NCBI GenBank assembly: GCA_050951545.1 | Contig: JBMNJG010000005.1 | Span: 195,742 to 259,741 of the forward strand | Length of the DNA stretch: 64,000 bases | DNA from: Limnochordia bacterium | Lineage (GTDB): Bacteria; Bacillota; Limnochordia; DTU080 | Direction: 5' to 3' | In this document: positions 1 to 9,806 of the stretch, one piece after another | Layout of the letters: each line of letters opens with the position of its first letter | How positions within the stretch are numbered: position 1 is the stretch's first letter | The notes under the pieces: model-generated | Told to the model about the DNA's origin: nothing | The model's database searches: none | The model's input: only the letters and a program-made list of their open reading frames with translations | Position numbers and translations under genes: made by a program

Positions 1-23
1 AACATCAGTGTGTGGCCTTCGCC

Positions 24-1595
24 TTACGTATCGACCAGTATCACTGGTACCTGCGCCGCGGTCAGCACCTGACGCGTCACACCACTTAAATCGTTCTCCT
101 TTTTGCCTCTGCCCATGACAATCAGGTCAGCGCCCACCACCCCAGCCATCTGCACTATTTTCTCTGCAGGGTCACCATCCTTGACGCTCACAGTATGCTC
201 TAAGTCCTGCATGCTAGCATGTCTGCTCATCGCCTCGTGGACAAGCTGAGGATGATCACTGATGTGGACCACGTGCAGCGTGGCATCTAGCTGACGAGCG
301 ATCGCGATACTTTCGTCCAGCACACGGGACGCGCTAGGGGAGTTGCTCAGGGCAACCAGAAGGCAATACTGCCTACGCACACTGACAGTAGTGGGGTCAA
401 CATGCCCGCGGGTCAGCATCCGGGGGGCTGCATAGGAAGTGGCCGCCGCACCCAACGGCGCCGTCACCAAGATCGACAGTACAGCGACGGCCAATGTCGC
501 TTCCCCGTTTGGCAATCCTAAGGCCATCGGGACAGCACCGATTGCCGCCTGAACCGTAGCCTTCGGTGTGTAGGCGATGGCCATAAACAGACGCTCGTTC
601 CTGCTAAGCGCAGCGCCAACGGTGGACAACCAGATCCCTGCCCACCGGCCCATGAACAGCCCCCACAAAAGGATGAGAATCCCCACCGAACCAGCCCGTG
701 ACACGTCCGTGACGTTCACTGCGGCTCCTACCAACACAAAGAGCAAGAGCTCTGCGATAACCCACGCCCTATCCAGTTCCGCTCGCACGCGGCGGGCCAT
801 CACTCGGTTGCCCTCAAGAAGCAGAAAGCCCAACACCATCGTCGCTAGATATCCAGAGAACCCAAAACGGTCACCTCCAACCACCAGGCAGGCGGCTGCT
901 CCTCCCACCACAAGAGCCATCCGAGTAGGCTCCTCACATCGTGTCCTCTGTGTTGCTAACAGGCACACTCTACTCGCTACGTAGCCAGCGACGGCGCCGC
1001 CGAGGACCTGCACAGGTAGCCTCAATGCCTGGACCCCCAAAGTGCCCCCCATCACTGACGCGCCTGTACGTCCCAAATCCAGCACAATGCCAAAAAGAGT
1101 GATGGCCACCACATCACTCAGTGCCCCACCAGCTAGCATGAGGTCAGGCACACCATGGTCGGCACCCCACCCCTCCTGCTTGAGGCGTAGCATGCCGGGC
1201 ACGATGACCGCAGGAGACTCTGCACACACAATCCATCCGAGAAGCCAGGCGCTGTACCAATCCCACCGGAGAACCATGCGAGCCGCCACTGCTACCGCAG
1301 TGGCCTCCAGTGTAGCTGGTAGCACTCCGAGCCGCAAAGCAACCGAGCCTTGGGACTTAAGCTGCTGACGATCCAGACCCAGACCCGCCTTTAGCAGAAT
1401 GACGATAAGCGCACCCACACGAATCGTGTCGCTGAGATCAAGAACATGGGGAGACAGCAGGCCGAGTCCATGAGGCCCAACCAGCACGCCAGCGAGCAGC
1501 ATCCCCACCAAACGAGGCAGACCCGCCCGCCTGGCTAGCGCTCCTGCGACTAGGCCACTACCTGCAACCACCACCACGTCCCATATCAATTCCAT
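24..1595 (-). CDS. Monovalent cation:proton antiporter (CPA1/Kef-type) fused to a C-terminal universal stress protein (UspA) domain
   Basis: 523 aa. N-terminal two thirds is polytopic membrane protein with Na+/H+ exchanger-like glycine-rich helices. C-terminal about 140 aa (LHVVHISDHP...IVMGRGKK...VPVILVDT) matches the UspA fold. Confidence 0.75.
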   Translation of the reverse strand: MELIWDVVVVAGSGLVAGALARRAGLPRLVGMLLAGVLVGPHGLGLLSPHVLDLSDTIRVGALIVILLKAGLGLDRQQLKSQGSVALRLGVLPATLEATAVAVAARMVLRWDWYSAWLLGWIVCAESPAVIVPGMLRLKQEGWGADHGVPDLMLAGGALSDVVAITLFGIVLDLGRTGASVMGGTLGVQALRLPVQVLGGAVAGYVASRVCLLATQRTRCEEPTRMALVVGGAAACLVVGGDRFGFSGYLATMVLGFLLLEGNRVMARRVRAELDRAWVIAELLLFVLVGAAVNVTDVSRAGSVGILILLWGLFMGRWAGIWLSTVGAALSRNERLFMAIAYTPKATVQAAIGAVPMALGLPNGEATLAVAVLSILVTAPLGAAATSYAAPRMLTRGHVDPTTVSVRRQYCLLVALSNSPSASRVLDESIAIARQLDATLHVVHISDHPQLVHEAMSRHASMQDLEHTVSVKDGDPAEKIVQMAGVVGADLIVMGRGKKENDLSGVTRQVLTAAQVPVILVDT

Positions 1596-1908
1596 GTGTG
1601 GACGAGCCCCCTTGCTTAGCGATTTCGAAACAGAAAAGCCCCTACCTCTGATACAGAAGTAGGAGCCATTAGCCTAGGCGGTCTGCTGGGAATAGCCCCA
1701 GCCAGCAAGCCCCATTGCTGCGAGTTGATCATATCACGTCCCCCGGGGCGAGGCCAGCCTCTTCGCCTCATCCTCCAGCAACTTCTTTTGGGGGGAGCGT
1801 GTGTCGGCGGCCAACCACGCGCGGAGGTCGAGGCAGCTGCGGCAGGTGTTCGCCGCAGCGTACACCATCGGTAGGGGGCTTTCGTCACAAAAGGCGAACA
1901 CGGAGAGC

Positions 1909-1955
1909 AGCCGCCGACATGCCCGCACAGCGCGACACGATTTTCTGAAGGACGC
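1909..1955 (+). promoter_or_regulatory. Conserved 5'-leader motif, copy 1 (GACATGCCCGCACAGCG-N3-CACGATTT)
   Basis: Near-identical about 40-nt motif shared with 2801..2856 and 33536..33591. Lies about 90 nt upstream of the ABC-2 ATPase start and is followed by a strong hairpin at 1962..1982. Confidence 0.5.
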
Positions 1956-2043
1956 GTGTGGAGGGATCATACTACGCCCGGCGTAGTAATATGTGTTCAG
2001 CCCTATGGTTGGGCATCATTCCTCTGATGGGAGGTGGCCCCAC

Positions 2044-2787
2044 ATGCTAAAGATCAACGGCGTCAGCAAAAGCTACGACCGAGGTGCCACATGGGCAGTG
2101 AAAGACCTGACACTTCATGTACCAAGCGGTGAGATCTTTGGGTTTCTCGGACCCAATGGCGCAGGCAAGACCACCACGTTGCGGATGGTCGTCGGCCTTC
2201 TTCCTATCGATCAGGGAGAGATCCAGGTTGACGGCTTCGACGTATCCCGAGATCCATTGCAGGCGAAGCGCCGCATCGGTTTTCTGCCAGACAACCCCGA
2301 TGTCTACGATCGACTCAGCGGCTTGGAGTATATCCGCTTCATCGCTGATATCTACGAAGTGCCCGAGCAGGAACGCATTCAGCGCACCGAGCGCCTGCTG
2401 CGGATGTTCGAGATGACCGAGGCAGCGCCAGACCTTATCAAGAGCTACAGCCACGGCATGCGACAGAAGATCGCTTTGACCGCTGCCTTGGTGCACCAGC
2501 CGCCGCTTCTGATCCTCGATGAACCGATGGTGGGCCTGGACCCCCGTTCGGCTGCTCTGTTCAGACGGACGATGCGGGAGCACTGCGACGAAGGCGGAAC
2601 AGTGCTTTTTTCTACACACGTCTTGGAAGTAGCCGAGCGAGTATGCGACAGAGTGGGCATCATCAACAAGGGGTCTCTGATAGCCCAAGGCAGCATGGCT
2701 GATCTGAAGAAGGGTCAGGACGCCAACGCTACCCTTGAAGCTCTTTTCTTTCAGCTCACTGAGGCGAACCTCACCGAGATCACCTGA
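2044..2787 (+). CDS. ABC transporter ATP-binding protein (ABC-2 / DrrA-like exporter subfamily)
   Basis: Walker A GPNGAGKTT, signature/LSGG-like region and Walker B LLILDEP. ATG at 2044 preceded by GGGAGG; the ORF track start at 1993 is probably an upstream alternative start. Confidence 0.9.
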   Translation: MLKINGVSKSYDRGATWAVKDLTLHVPSGEIFGFLGPNGAGKTTTLRMVVGLLPIDQGEIQVDGFDVSRDPLQAKRRIGFLPDNPDVYDRLSGLEYIRFIADIYEVPEQERIQRTERLLRMFEMTEAAPDLIKSYSHGMRQKIALTAALVHQPPLLILDEPMVGLDPRSAALFRRTMREHCDEGGTVLFSTHVLEVAERVCDRVGIINKGSLIAQGSMADLKKGQDANATLEALFFQLTEANLTEIT

Positions 2788-2800
2788 CGAATCACGCGTG

Positions 2801-2856
2801 TCTGCGGCTTCAGCCGCAGACATGCCCGCACAGCGTACCACGATTTGCTAGGAGGG
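2801..2856 (+). promoter_or_regulatory. Conserved 5'-leader motif, copy 2, with preceding 8-bp hairpin; contains the SD of the permease gene
   Basis: Hairpin tctgcggc-ttca-gccgcaga, then GACATGCCCGCACAGCGTACCACGATTTGCTAGGAGGG, then ATG at 2866. Confidence 0.5.
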
Positions 2857-2865
2857 CTGAGTGAG

Positions 2866-4944
2866 ATGACTGGCTTTCTCGTGCTACTGCGAACCATGCT
2901 CAGACACTACTTCAGCCTCTCTGTAATGCGAGAGGTATACATAAAACGAAAACAAGAACTGTGGAAGCCCGCCCTGGTGCTGTTGGCGATCGTCGCTGGT
3001 GTGCTACCGACGCTCTATGCCTATGTGCGTTTTCTACAAACGGCATACGCGGCAGCTGGCCAACTGCAACAGCCTGGCTTAGTGATCGTCCTCGGCCTCG
3101 TTAGTGCCCAATTGGTCATCCTGTTTTTTGGTCTGTCCTATCTGATGTCAGTCTTTTACTTCAGCGCAGACCTGGAGCACCTGGTGCCCTTGCCTATCAA
3201 GCCTGAAACCATCTTAGCAGCCAAGTTCAGCATAGTACTCATCAGTGAATACATCACCGCACTGCCCATGGCCGTGCCTCCAATTGTTATCTACGGTCTC
3301 GGTCAAGGTGTCGGGCTTCTCTATTGGCTGAGGGCTGCGTTCGTCGTCATCCTCCTACCCCTGTTGCCCCTAGCCTTGGCGTCCATACTGGTGGTAGGGA
3401 TCATGCGCTTCACAGGCCTTGCTCGCAACCGGGAGCGCTTTACGGTAATCCTGGGCCTAGTCACACTGACCCTGGTGTTAGTAGTGCAATGGCAACTGGG
3501 GCGGCTTGGCAGTGACCAGCTAGATCCCACCGAAATGCTCATCCAACTGATGAGCACGCCAAACAGCCTCCTAAACCTGCTGGGCAGACGCTTTCCTCCC
3601 GCCCTATGGGGATCCCTGGCACTCAGCAGCCAAGGCTCGGTAGCCTGGCGCTACCTGCTATTCTACCTTGGTAGCACGTTGGCGAGTCTAGCTCTCCTTT
3701 GGGGACTGGCCCGCAAGTTCTTCTTCGACAGCCTGCTACACGGTTCACCCGTGAAACGTCATCACCGCCACCCTTCAGCCAGCCTTGCCACTGACCTGGG
3801 CGTGCGCTCGCCTCTGGCTGCCTTGATCCACAGGGAATGGCATATTCTGGTCCGCAATCCCATTTTCGCGATGAACGCCGGGGCCAATGTGCTCCTGCCC
3901 CCCATCCTTGTCGCACTGCCGATTTTGGGCGGTGGTGAGCAGTTTCTTGATCTGCGGGCGGCTCTGGCCAACCCCCGCTTAGCGCTCTGGGGCAGCCTTG
4001 TGGTGGCCGCTTTTTTCGCCGTGTCTGCACCTATGTCCGCAATTCCCGCTACTGCCATCTCACGGGAAGGCCGACTCTTCTGGATCTCTCGCTCCATGCC
4101 AGTCGCGCCTCGTAGGCAACTGCTAGCCAAGCTGGCGTTCTCTGTAGCATTGCTTTCTGCGAGCTCGCTTCTGCTGGTGCTGGTTCTTGTGGCCCTATTG
4201 AGACTGCCGCTAGACTTTCTCTTCACGGGCTGCATGTTAGGCGTCTTGGGGTTGCTGGGTACCTCTGCCATCAGCCTCGCCATTGACACTTTGTGGCCTC
4301 GACTTGACTGGGACAACCCACAGCAGGCCATGAAGGGCAATTTCAACGTCGTGGTAACGCTGGTTATCGTAGGTGCAGTCGGTTACGGCCTGGCCCGTCT
4401 TGTCATCCGCTGGGTTGGACAAGGGTGGTCCGATCAAGCTGTTGTGTGGGCAACGACCGCAGTGCTGGCTGTATTGAGCGTATTGAGCATTCGCCTGCTG
4501 CTGTATGTGGGCCCCGCCGTATACACTCAGTATCGCAGATACGAGCCGAGATCTGGCCGTCGTCTCACCGCTCGTTCTGTGATCACGATTGCCTTGGTCC
4601 TTGTCGGCGTCCTGTTTCTTGGGCGGGAGTTGCTCACGATGACTACCCTCGATTACACCTTTGGACCAGAGGACATCCGCTTCGGTTCGGTCCGAATCGC
4701 CTACGACGAGATCACTGAAGTGCAGTACCTGGAGCGTATTCCCTCACTCAGCAATCGAGTGGGTACCAGTATCGGCGTGTACAAGGCTGGCACCTTTACC
4801 GTGGCTGGCATCGGCAGAGGCAAAGTGTTCGCCACCGACTCCACAGGACCAGCGCTGCTTCTGCGCACACAGACTACATTCTACGTTATTACGCCAGATG
4901 ACGCACGCCAGCGTTTTCTTGAGCTACAGTCAGACCTGGAGTGA
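2866..4944 (+). CDS. ABC-2 type exporter permease, large polytopic membrane protein with a C-terminal bacterial PH-like (bPH_2) domain
   Basis: About 690 aa with many hydrophobic helices. C-terminus (TTLDYTFGPEDIRFGSV...GVYKAGTFTVAGIGRGKVFAT...FYVITPDD) resembles the YdbS/YdbT-type bPH domain. Directly follows the ABC ATPase; SD GGAGGG 9 nt upstream. Confidence 0.7.
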   Translation: MTGFLVLLRTMLRHYFSLSVMREVYIKRKQELWKPALVLLAIVAGVLPTLYAYVRFLQTAYAAAGQLQQPGLVIVLGLVSAQLVILFFGLSYLMSVFYFSADLEHLVPLPIKPETILAAKFSIVLISEYITALPMAVPPIVIYGLGQGVGLLYWLRAAFVVILLPLLPLALASILVVGIMRFTGLARNRERFTVILGLVTLTLVLVVQWQLGRLGSDQLDPTEMLIQLMSTPNSLLNLLGRRFPPALWGSLALSSQGSVAWRYLLFYLGSTLASLALLWGLARKFFFDSLLHGSPVKRHHRHPSASLATDLGVRSPLAALIHREWHILVRNPIFAMNAGANVLLPPILVALPILGGGEQFLDLRAALANPRLALWGSLVVAAFFAVSAPMSAIPATAISREGRLFWISRSMPVAPRRQLLAKLAFSVALLSASSLLLVLVLVALLRLPLDFLFTGCMLGVLGLLGTSAISLAIDTLWPRLDWDNPQQAMKGNFNVVVTLVIVGAVGYGLARLVIRWVGQGWSDQAVVWATTAVLAVLSVLSIRLLLYVGPAVYTQYRRYEPRSGRRLTARSVITIALVLVGVLFLGRELLTMTTLDYTFGPEDIRFGSVRIAYDEITEVQYLERIPSLSNRVGTSIGVYKAGTFTVAGIGRGKVFATDSTGPALLLRTQTTFYVITPDDARQRFLELQSDLE

Positions 4945-5056
4945 GCGCACCCTGCCCAGGCGCTCATGTCGGTCGATGATGCAGCGTGGAGGAAGTGCTC
5001 GGACAGCAGCAGGAAGATGCAAAAGGCAAGCATAATTGGAAAGGAGCAACGTGTCA

Positions 5057-8000
5057 ATGCATTCCAGTCGGGTCACGTTGGTGGTTCTCCTGCTGTTAGC
5101 AATCAGTCTCACTACCGCGAAAGCAGCCTCCTTGGTGTCCAACGGGAGTTTCGAGGAGCTCGATGTCAGTGACAGGCCCGTTGGGTTTAGCACTTGGGTG
5201 GGTCAGGGCAGTCCTGGGTTTGGTGTCGAGATTGGCGAAGCACACAGTGGCCAAAACTCCTTTCGCATTTCAGGCGATGGTGCAGCCCGAGGCAGTATCA
5301 ACTGTACACTGCCCTTTGAGGGCGGTACCTACAAGATGAGTCTGTGGTACCGAGTCAGTGCAAGCATGCCCAAAGACGGCGTGGTACTGCGGCTTATGGC
5401 TTTCCACAGCCATGGATCCAGCGAAAATGACAAAGTTCAGTGGAGCATGTCTGAGGTCGCTCCCGCCCCCGGTACGCGCGTGCAGCTAAATGGGAACAAT
5501 CTGCATGTCATTGCTGATCAGTCGCTTGTAGCTGGTGAGTGGTACCCTCTGAGCATCACCTTTTCCCTACCAGACGAAGTGCAGCGGCTACAAGCCAACA
5601 TCTTTAACTGGTTAGGCAACGGTACTGTCTGGTTTGATGATGTGCACTTAGAGGCCACCACCTTTGACTGGATCGCGTACCAAGAGACCGCCATGCGGGA
5701 GCTGGAAGCACGCGAATTGGAGGGTCCATCTATGCTGACCACCCTGCAAGACCAGCATCCGCGACTTCTTGTTTCGTCATCCGATCTCGCGCACCTGAGG
5801 CAGCTCATTGAGAACGAACCCCAGGCCCGAGAATGGTACACTGCCCTTAAGATCAGTGCGACCAACGTACTGCTTCAGCCAGTATCGCAGTACGAGATAC
5901 CTGATGGCAAGCGTCTGTTGGCCACGAGCCGTCGAGTACTGGACCGTGTGCTTCTCCTGGCCTTTGTCTATCACATGGAGGAGGATGTGCGCTTCGCTGA
6001 GCGGGCTTGGAAGGAACTGGAGGCCGCAGCCCACTTCCCAGACTGGAATCCGAGCCACTTCCTTGATACCGCTGAGATGACCCATGCCTTTGCCATAGGC
6101 TATGACTGGCTCTACCATGTGTGGACGCCAGAGCAGCGAGATGTGCTACGCAACGCCATCGCCCACATGGGTCTCGAGCCTGGTCTCCATGCGTACAGAG
6201 GCACCGCACCCTACGGTTGGTGGGTAAATGTAACACACAACTGGAACCTGGTGTGCAACGGTGGCCTGGCCATGGGGGCACTAGCTATCGCTGACGAAGA
6301 ACCAAGACTGGCTGAGCTCATCTTGCGTGCTGGTATCAAGAGCGCACCGGCAGCCATTGCCCAATTCGCACCGGATGGTGGTTGGGACGAGGGTGTCGGC
6401 TACTGGCACTACTCAATTCGCTATTTGATCCCCTACATCGCCGCCCTTGAGAGCGCACTCGGCAGCAGCTTTGGTCTGGCCGAAGTGCTGGGCCTAGGGC
6501 TAGCGGGGACGTTTCCGATGTACCTCACTTCTCCCGCGGGGGTGACCTTCAACTTTGCCGACGGCGGCACTGGTGTGGTCAACGCGCCTGAACTATTCTG
6601 GATGGCCAGACGTTTTGAGCAGCCCAGCTATGCCTGGTGGCACAGCCAGGTATCTGGAGGCAAAGCAAGCGTTCTGGCCCTTGTGTGGTATGCCCAAGAT
6701 CTTCTAGAAGGTTTCGCACCGTCCGATCTGCCACTGGACAAGCACTTTGGTCATATAGAAGTGGCCAGCATGCGTAGCTCGTGGGAAGAGAAAGACGCCC
6801 TCTTTGTCGGCTGGAAAGCTGGCGATCTGAAAGCCAACCACGGCGATCTCGATATGGGCTCTTTCGTGCTCGATGCCCTCGGAGTACGCTGGGCAGCTGA
6901 TCTGGGCTCTGATGACTACAACATGCCCGGCTACTTCGGGTCACAGCGCTGGTCATACTACCGCAAGCGGGCGGAAGGACATAACACACTGGTGCTAGAC
7001 CCCTCTGCCGCAGCTGATCAAGATCCAGCTGCCGTAGCCCGTATCGTCTTCCAGGGAGCCAGTGATGGCGAGGCGGTCTCCATCGCGGACCTCACACCAG
7101 GCTATCGTCGTCATGCCAGCTCTGTAAAGCGCGGTATCGCCCTGATCGATGGACGCAGTCAAGTCCTGGTGCAAGATGAAATCGAGGCACCACATCCCTC
7201 GGAGATCTGGTGGTTTATGCATACGCGGGCCAACGTCTCTTTGGATGGCGACGGGTCGACAGCGATCCTTGAGCAAGGGGGGAAGCGCTTGGCTGTGCGT
7301 GTTCTTTCCCCAGAAGGTGCGGCTTTCACTGTCATGCCTGCCGCGCCCTTACCCACCTCTCCCAATCCTTCGGTGCAGGCTGTGAACCATGACGTGCGTA
7401 AACTGGCCATCCAACTGCACGACGTCACCAGCACCTGTATCGCAGTGCAATTGGTGCCACTGACAGAGAATGAAGCGGCATCCGTAGCGCCCGTGATCAA
7501 ACCACTGCATGTCTGGCAAGAGACAGTCCAGGCGAGTGAGCGCCTGTGGCCAGCCTTGGGACGGATCACGGTCGACGTAAGTTCACCGCCGGAGCGGGGA
7601 CAGACGGTGCGAGGTGTGATTCCTGTTGACATTGAGTTGGGCGTGCCTACCTCTGGCACACTGGAGAAAGTGTCTGTCCTGGTCGATGGTGAGCCGCTCT
7701 TCAGCGGTCCGATGCTACCGGAAGAGCTTCTGCTCAACACCTACACTCTGACCGATGGTATACATCGCCTCCTAATCGAAGCCACAGTGAATGGCACCCT
7801 AGCGACACGTGCCTTCTCATTTAGAGTGGAGAACTGGTGGAATACCACCGATCGCATGGAACCGCCCCTCGAGACAGGCTGGTTTGGCACGCTGGTACGC
7901 TCACAGACTAGCTCAGAGAGTGACGGTTGGAGATATACCACTGGCATCTCACGAACTCAACTGGGCGGTGCAGATCGCCGTATTCGCGAGCATGACACAG

Positions 8001-8305
8001 AAGAGCACCTAACTTGGGAAACACCGAACCTGCGGAGCGTCAAGATCATGGTACAGGCTCCCCGGACTGCCGTTGAGTCTGCACTGGAGCTGTTGGTCTC
8101 CCAGAATGGCCAGAAATGGGACAGTCTTGCCTACACGGTGCAAGAGCTGGAGTTGTCACCAGAGGGACTTCATGAGCTAGCGCTAGTCGCCGAACTACCT
8201 GCAGGAACCCCTGCCCACTGGTGCAGACTGCGCGTGCTCCCAGGGCACTTTGCCCCAGACGAGCTGCAGATTGCACAAGCCGAACTTACAGGTCTGCACA
8301 AGTAA
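5057..8305 (+). CDS. Secreted heparinase II/III-like polysaccharide lyase family protein with an N-terminal CBM4/9-like carbohydrate-binding module
   Basis: Signal peptide MHSSRVTLVVLLLLAISLTTAKA. N-terminal SNGSFEE...GW...FRISGDG beta-sandwich. Central alpha/alpha-toroid region with DWNPSHFLDTAEM...NWNLVCNGG typical of the heparinase II/III (alginate lyase-like) family. SD AAGGAG upstream of ATG at 5057. Confidence 0.7.
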   Translation: MHSSRVTLVVLLLLAISLTTAKAASLVSNGSFEELDVSDRPVGFSTWVGQGSPGFGVEIGEAHSGQNSFRISGDGAARGSINCTLPFEGGTYKMSLWYRVSASMPKDGVVLRLMAFHSHGSSENDKVQWSMSEVAPAPGTRVQLNGNNLHVIADQSLVAGEWYPLSITFSLPDEVQRLQANIFNWLGNGTVWFDDVHLEATTFDWIAYQETAMRELEARELEGPSMLTTLQDQHPRLLVSSSDLAHLRQLIENEPQAREWYTALKISATNVLLQPVSQYEIPDGKRLLATSRRVLDRVLLLAFVYHMEEDVRFAERAWKELEAAAHFPDWNPSHFLDTAEMTHAFAIGYDWLYHVWTPEQRDVLRNAIAHMGLEPGLHAYRGTAPYGWWVNVTHNWNLVCNGGLAMGALAIADEEPRLAELILRAGIKSAPAAIAQFAPDGGWDEGVGYWHYSIRYLIPYIAALESALGSSFGLAEVLGLGLAGTFPMYLTSPAGVTFNFADGGTGVVNAPELFWMARRFEQPSYAWWHSQVSGGKASVLALVWYAQDLLEGFAPSDLPLDKHFGHIEVASMRSSWEEKDALFVGWKAGDLKANHGDLDMGSFVLDALGVRWAADLGSDDYNMPGYFGSQRWSYYRKRAEGHNTLVLDPSAAADQDPAAVARIVFQGASDGEAVSIADLTPGYRRHASSVKRGIALIDGRSQVLVQDEIEAPHPSEIWWFMHTRANVSLDGDGSTAILEQGGKRLAVRVLSPEGAAFTVMPAAPLPTSPNPSVQAVNHDVRKLAIQLHDVTSTCIAVQLVPLTENEAASVAPVIKPLHVWQETVQASERLWPALGRITVDVSSPPERGQTVRGVIPVDIELGVPTSGTLEKVSVLVDGEPLFSGPMLPEELLLNTYTLTDGIHRLLIEATVNGTLATRAFSFRVENWWNTTDRMEPPLETGWFGTLVRSQTSSESDGWRYTTGISRTQLGGADRRIREHDTEEHLTWETPNLRSVKIMVQAPRTAVESALELLVSQNGQKWDSLAYTVQELELSPEGLHELALVAELPAGTPAHWCRLRVLPGHFAPDELQIAQAELTGLHK

Positions 8306-8345
8306 GTCCTGTTGACAGATCGAACTGAGATAGACGGACCCACAC

Positions 8346-8378
8346 AAAAACCCCAACGTCAAGGCGTGGGGGTTTTTG
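8346..8378. terminator. Bidirectional intrinsic terminator (A-run, GC hairpin, T-run) between convergent genes
   Basis: aaaaa-CCCCAACG-tcaagg-CGTGGGGG-ttttt. Confidence 0.75.
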
Positions 8379-8409
8379 TGTGTCGAAGGGTTATCATCAG
8401 GTTCAGACC

Positions 8410-9771
8410 TTACTCTCTCTGCGAGGCCACGTGTGCCAGAACCGCAGCCCGCATACGCCGTGTGGCCTCAGGCGTGTTGACATGACCTGCTGCGATGTCG
8501 TGGTAGATCGCTGTCCCCGTGTTCACGTTGTTGTAGGCAGCGTAGACAGTTGCTGGTGGGCAGGCGGTGTCGACAAACCCGACGGTGAAAAAACCGTCCG
8601 CCTTGATACGCGTAGCGAAGTTCATCCCATCAAAGTAGCGCACGGTCTCCAAGACGTCTTTCACCTTGCTCACATTGCTATAGACACCCATGCCAGGCCA
8701 CCCCATGGGTCGGTGTGCTGCTATTCCGGTCAGGTCAGCCATGGCAGGTACACCTGCCACGAAAAAGGTGACGCGAGGGTCGAGTGCGGAGCCAGCCAGC
8801 GACTGAGCTGCGCCCTGGCTGGTGCCGTAGAGAATGAGAGTCTTGCCATCCCATTCTGGCTGTGACGCAAGAAAATCGATGGCTCGGACCACCCGCAGAA
8901 ACATGCCCAAGAAGTAATATGTGTCGCGTGAGTCGCGTCCACGCATACTATATCTGCTGAGAGAACCCGTAACCAGCCCATCATAGTAGGCTGCGGGTTT
9001 GCCGTTGGGCACCCCGTGGGCGTTGATATCCATCGCCAGCATGCCCTCTTTTGCCCAACCCGTAGGGATGCCAGCACTGCGTACTCCCGCCCCATGCAAG
9101 GTCAGGATGGCTGGCAGGCTCCCCGGCTCCGCATCGGCAGGCCGCACAAAGTAGCCAGATACCGGCACTCCACCGATACTATCCGCTTGAACGTCGAAGA
9201 TCTCAAAGCCCTTAGCGCTTGGGCTGACGGGTACCATCCGCGGATTCATCGGTATCTCAGCCAGCAGTGCCTTCTTAGAAGCCCAGAAGGCATCGAAATC
9301 GTCAGGAACAGGCAGGCTGGGAGCGATGTCTTGCGGATCGACTCCCGCGCCCGCCAATGCGACAGTTTCGGCGCCACCAGCTTGAAAGGCAACTCGGCAC
9401 TGCAAGAACCCGGGTTCGCTCAGGCTAGCCGATACGCGGGCCTCACCGTTCTCTAAGCGGATACTTCCCTGTTCGATGGTTGTCTCACCATTCTTGCTGA
9501 TCCGCCATTGCACGTCGGCTTCGCCTAGAGGTTGCCCATGGTGAAGCACCCGGATAACAAACGTTGCGGTTTCACCCACATGATACAGCGCATCGGTACG
9601 GTCGGTAACCACCGAGACCGTATACGCAGGCGCCATTTCCTCGGCAGCTACCAGACCGGGCGACAGTGTAGCTACCGAACCAAGAATGAGGCAGGACCTC
9701 CAGACCAGCTTCTTCAGACCCTTAACACCCAATCGACTCTCCACCTCCGCATGGCATAGATGAATTGGCAC
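8410..9771 (-). CDS. Acetyl xylan esterase / cephalosporin-C deacetylase family (CE7) with N-terminal signal peptide and Ig-like extension
   Basis: GTSQGAA (GxSQG nucleophile elbow) and a HxxxP region typical of AXE1/CE7; signal peptide and about 120-aa N-terminal beta domain. Confidence 0.8.
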   Translation of the reverse strand: MPIHLCHAEVESRLGVKGLKKLVWRSCLILGSVATLSPGLVAAEEMAPAYTVSVVTDRTDALYHVGETATFVIRVLHHGQPLGEADVQWRISKNGETTIEQGSIRLENGEARVSASLSEPGFLQCRVAFQAGGAETVALAGAGVDPQDIAPSLPVPDDFDAFWASKKALLAEIPMNPRMVPVSPSAKGFEIFDVQADSIGGVPVSGYFVRPADAEPGSLPAILTLHGAGVRSAGIPTGWAKEGMLAMDINAHGVPNGKPAAYYDGLVTGSLSRYSMRGRDSRDTYYFLGMFLRVVRAIDFLASQPEWDGKTLILYGTSQGAAQSLAGSALDPRVTFFVAGVPAMADLTGIAAHRPMGWPGMGVYSNVSKVKDVLETVRYFDGMNFATRIKADGFFTVGFVDTACPPATVYAAYNNVNTGTAIYHDIAAGHVNTPEATRRMRAAVLAHVASQRE

Positions 9772-9806
9772 AGATAAATGCGGAACGGCACCAGCCCCAG
9801 GATGCC

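Noticed and set aside
2047-2841. 264-aa ORF antisense to the ABC ATPase gene, and many similar long antisense ORFs (e.g. 577..984, 15351..15995, 17678..18535, 39850..40326, 57968..58609)
   Set aside because: High GC content suppresses stop codons on the non-coding strand. These ORFs have no motifs, overlap well-supported genes and have Arg/Ala/Pro-rich low-complexity translations.
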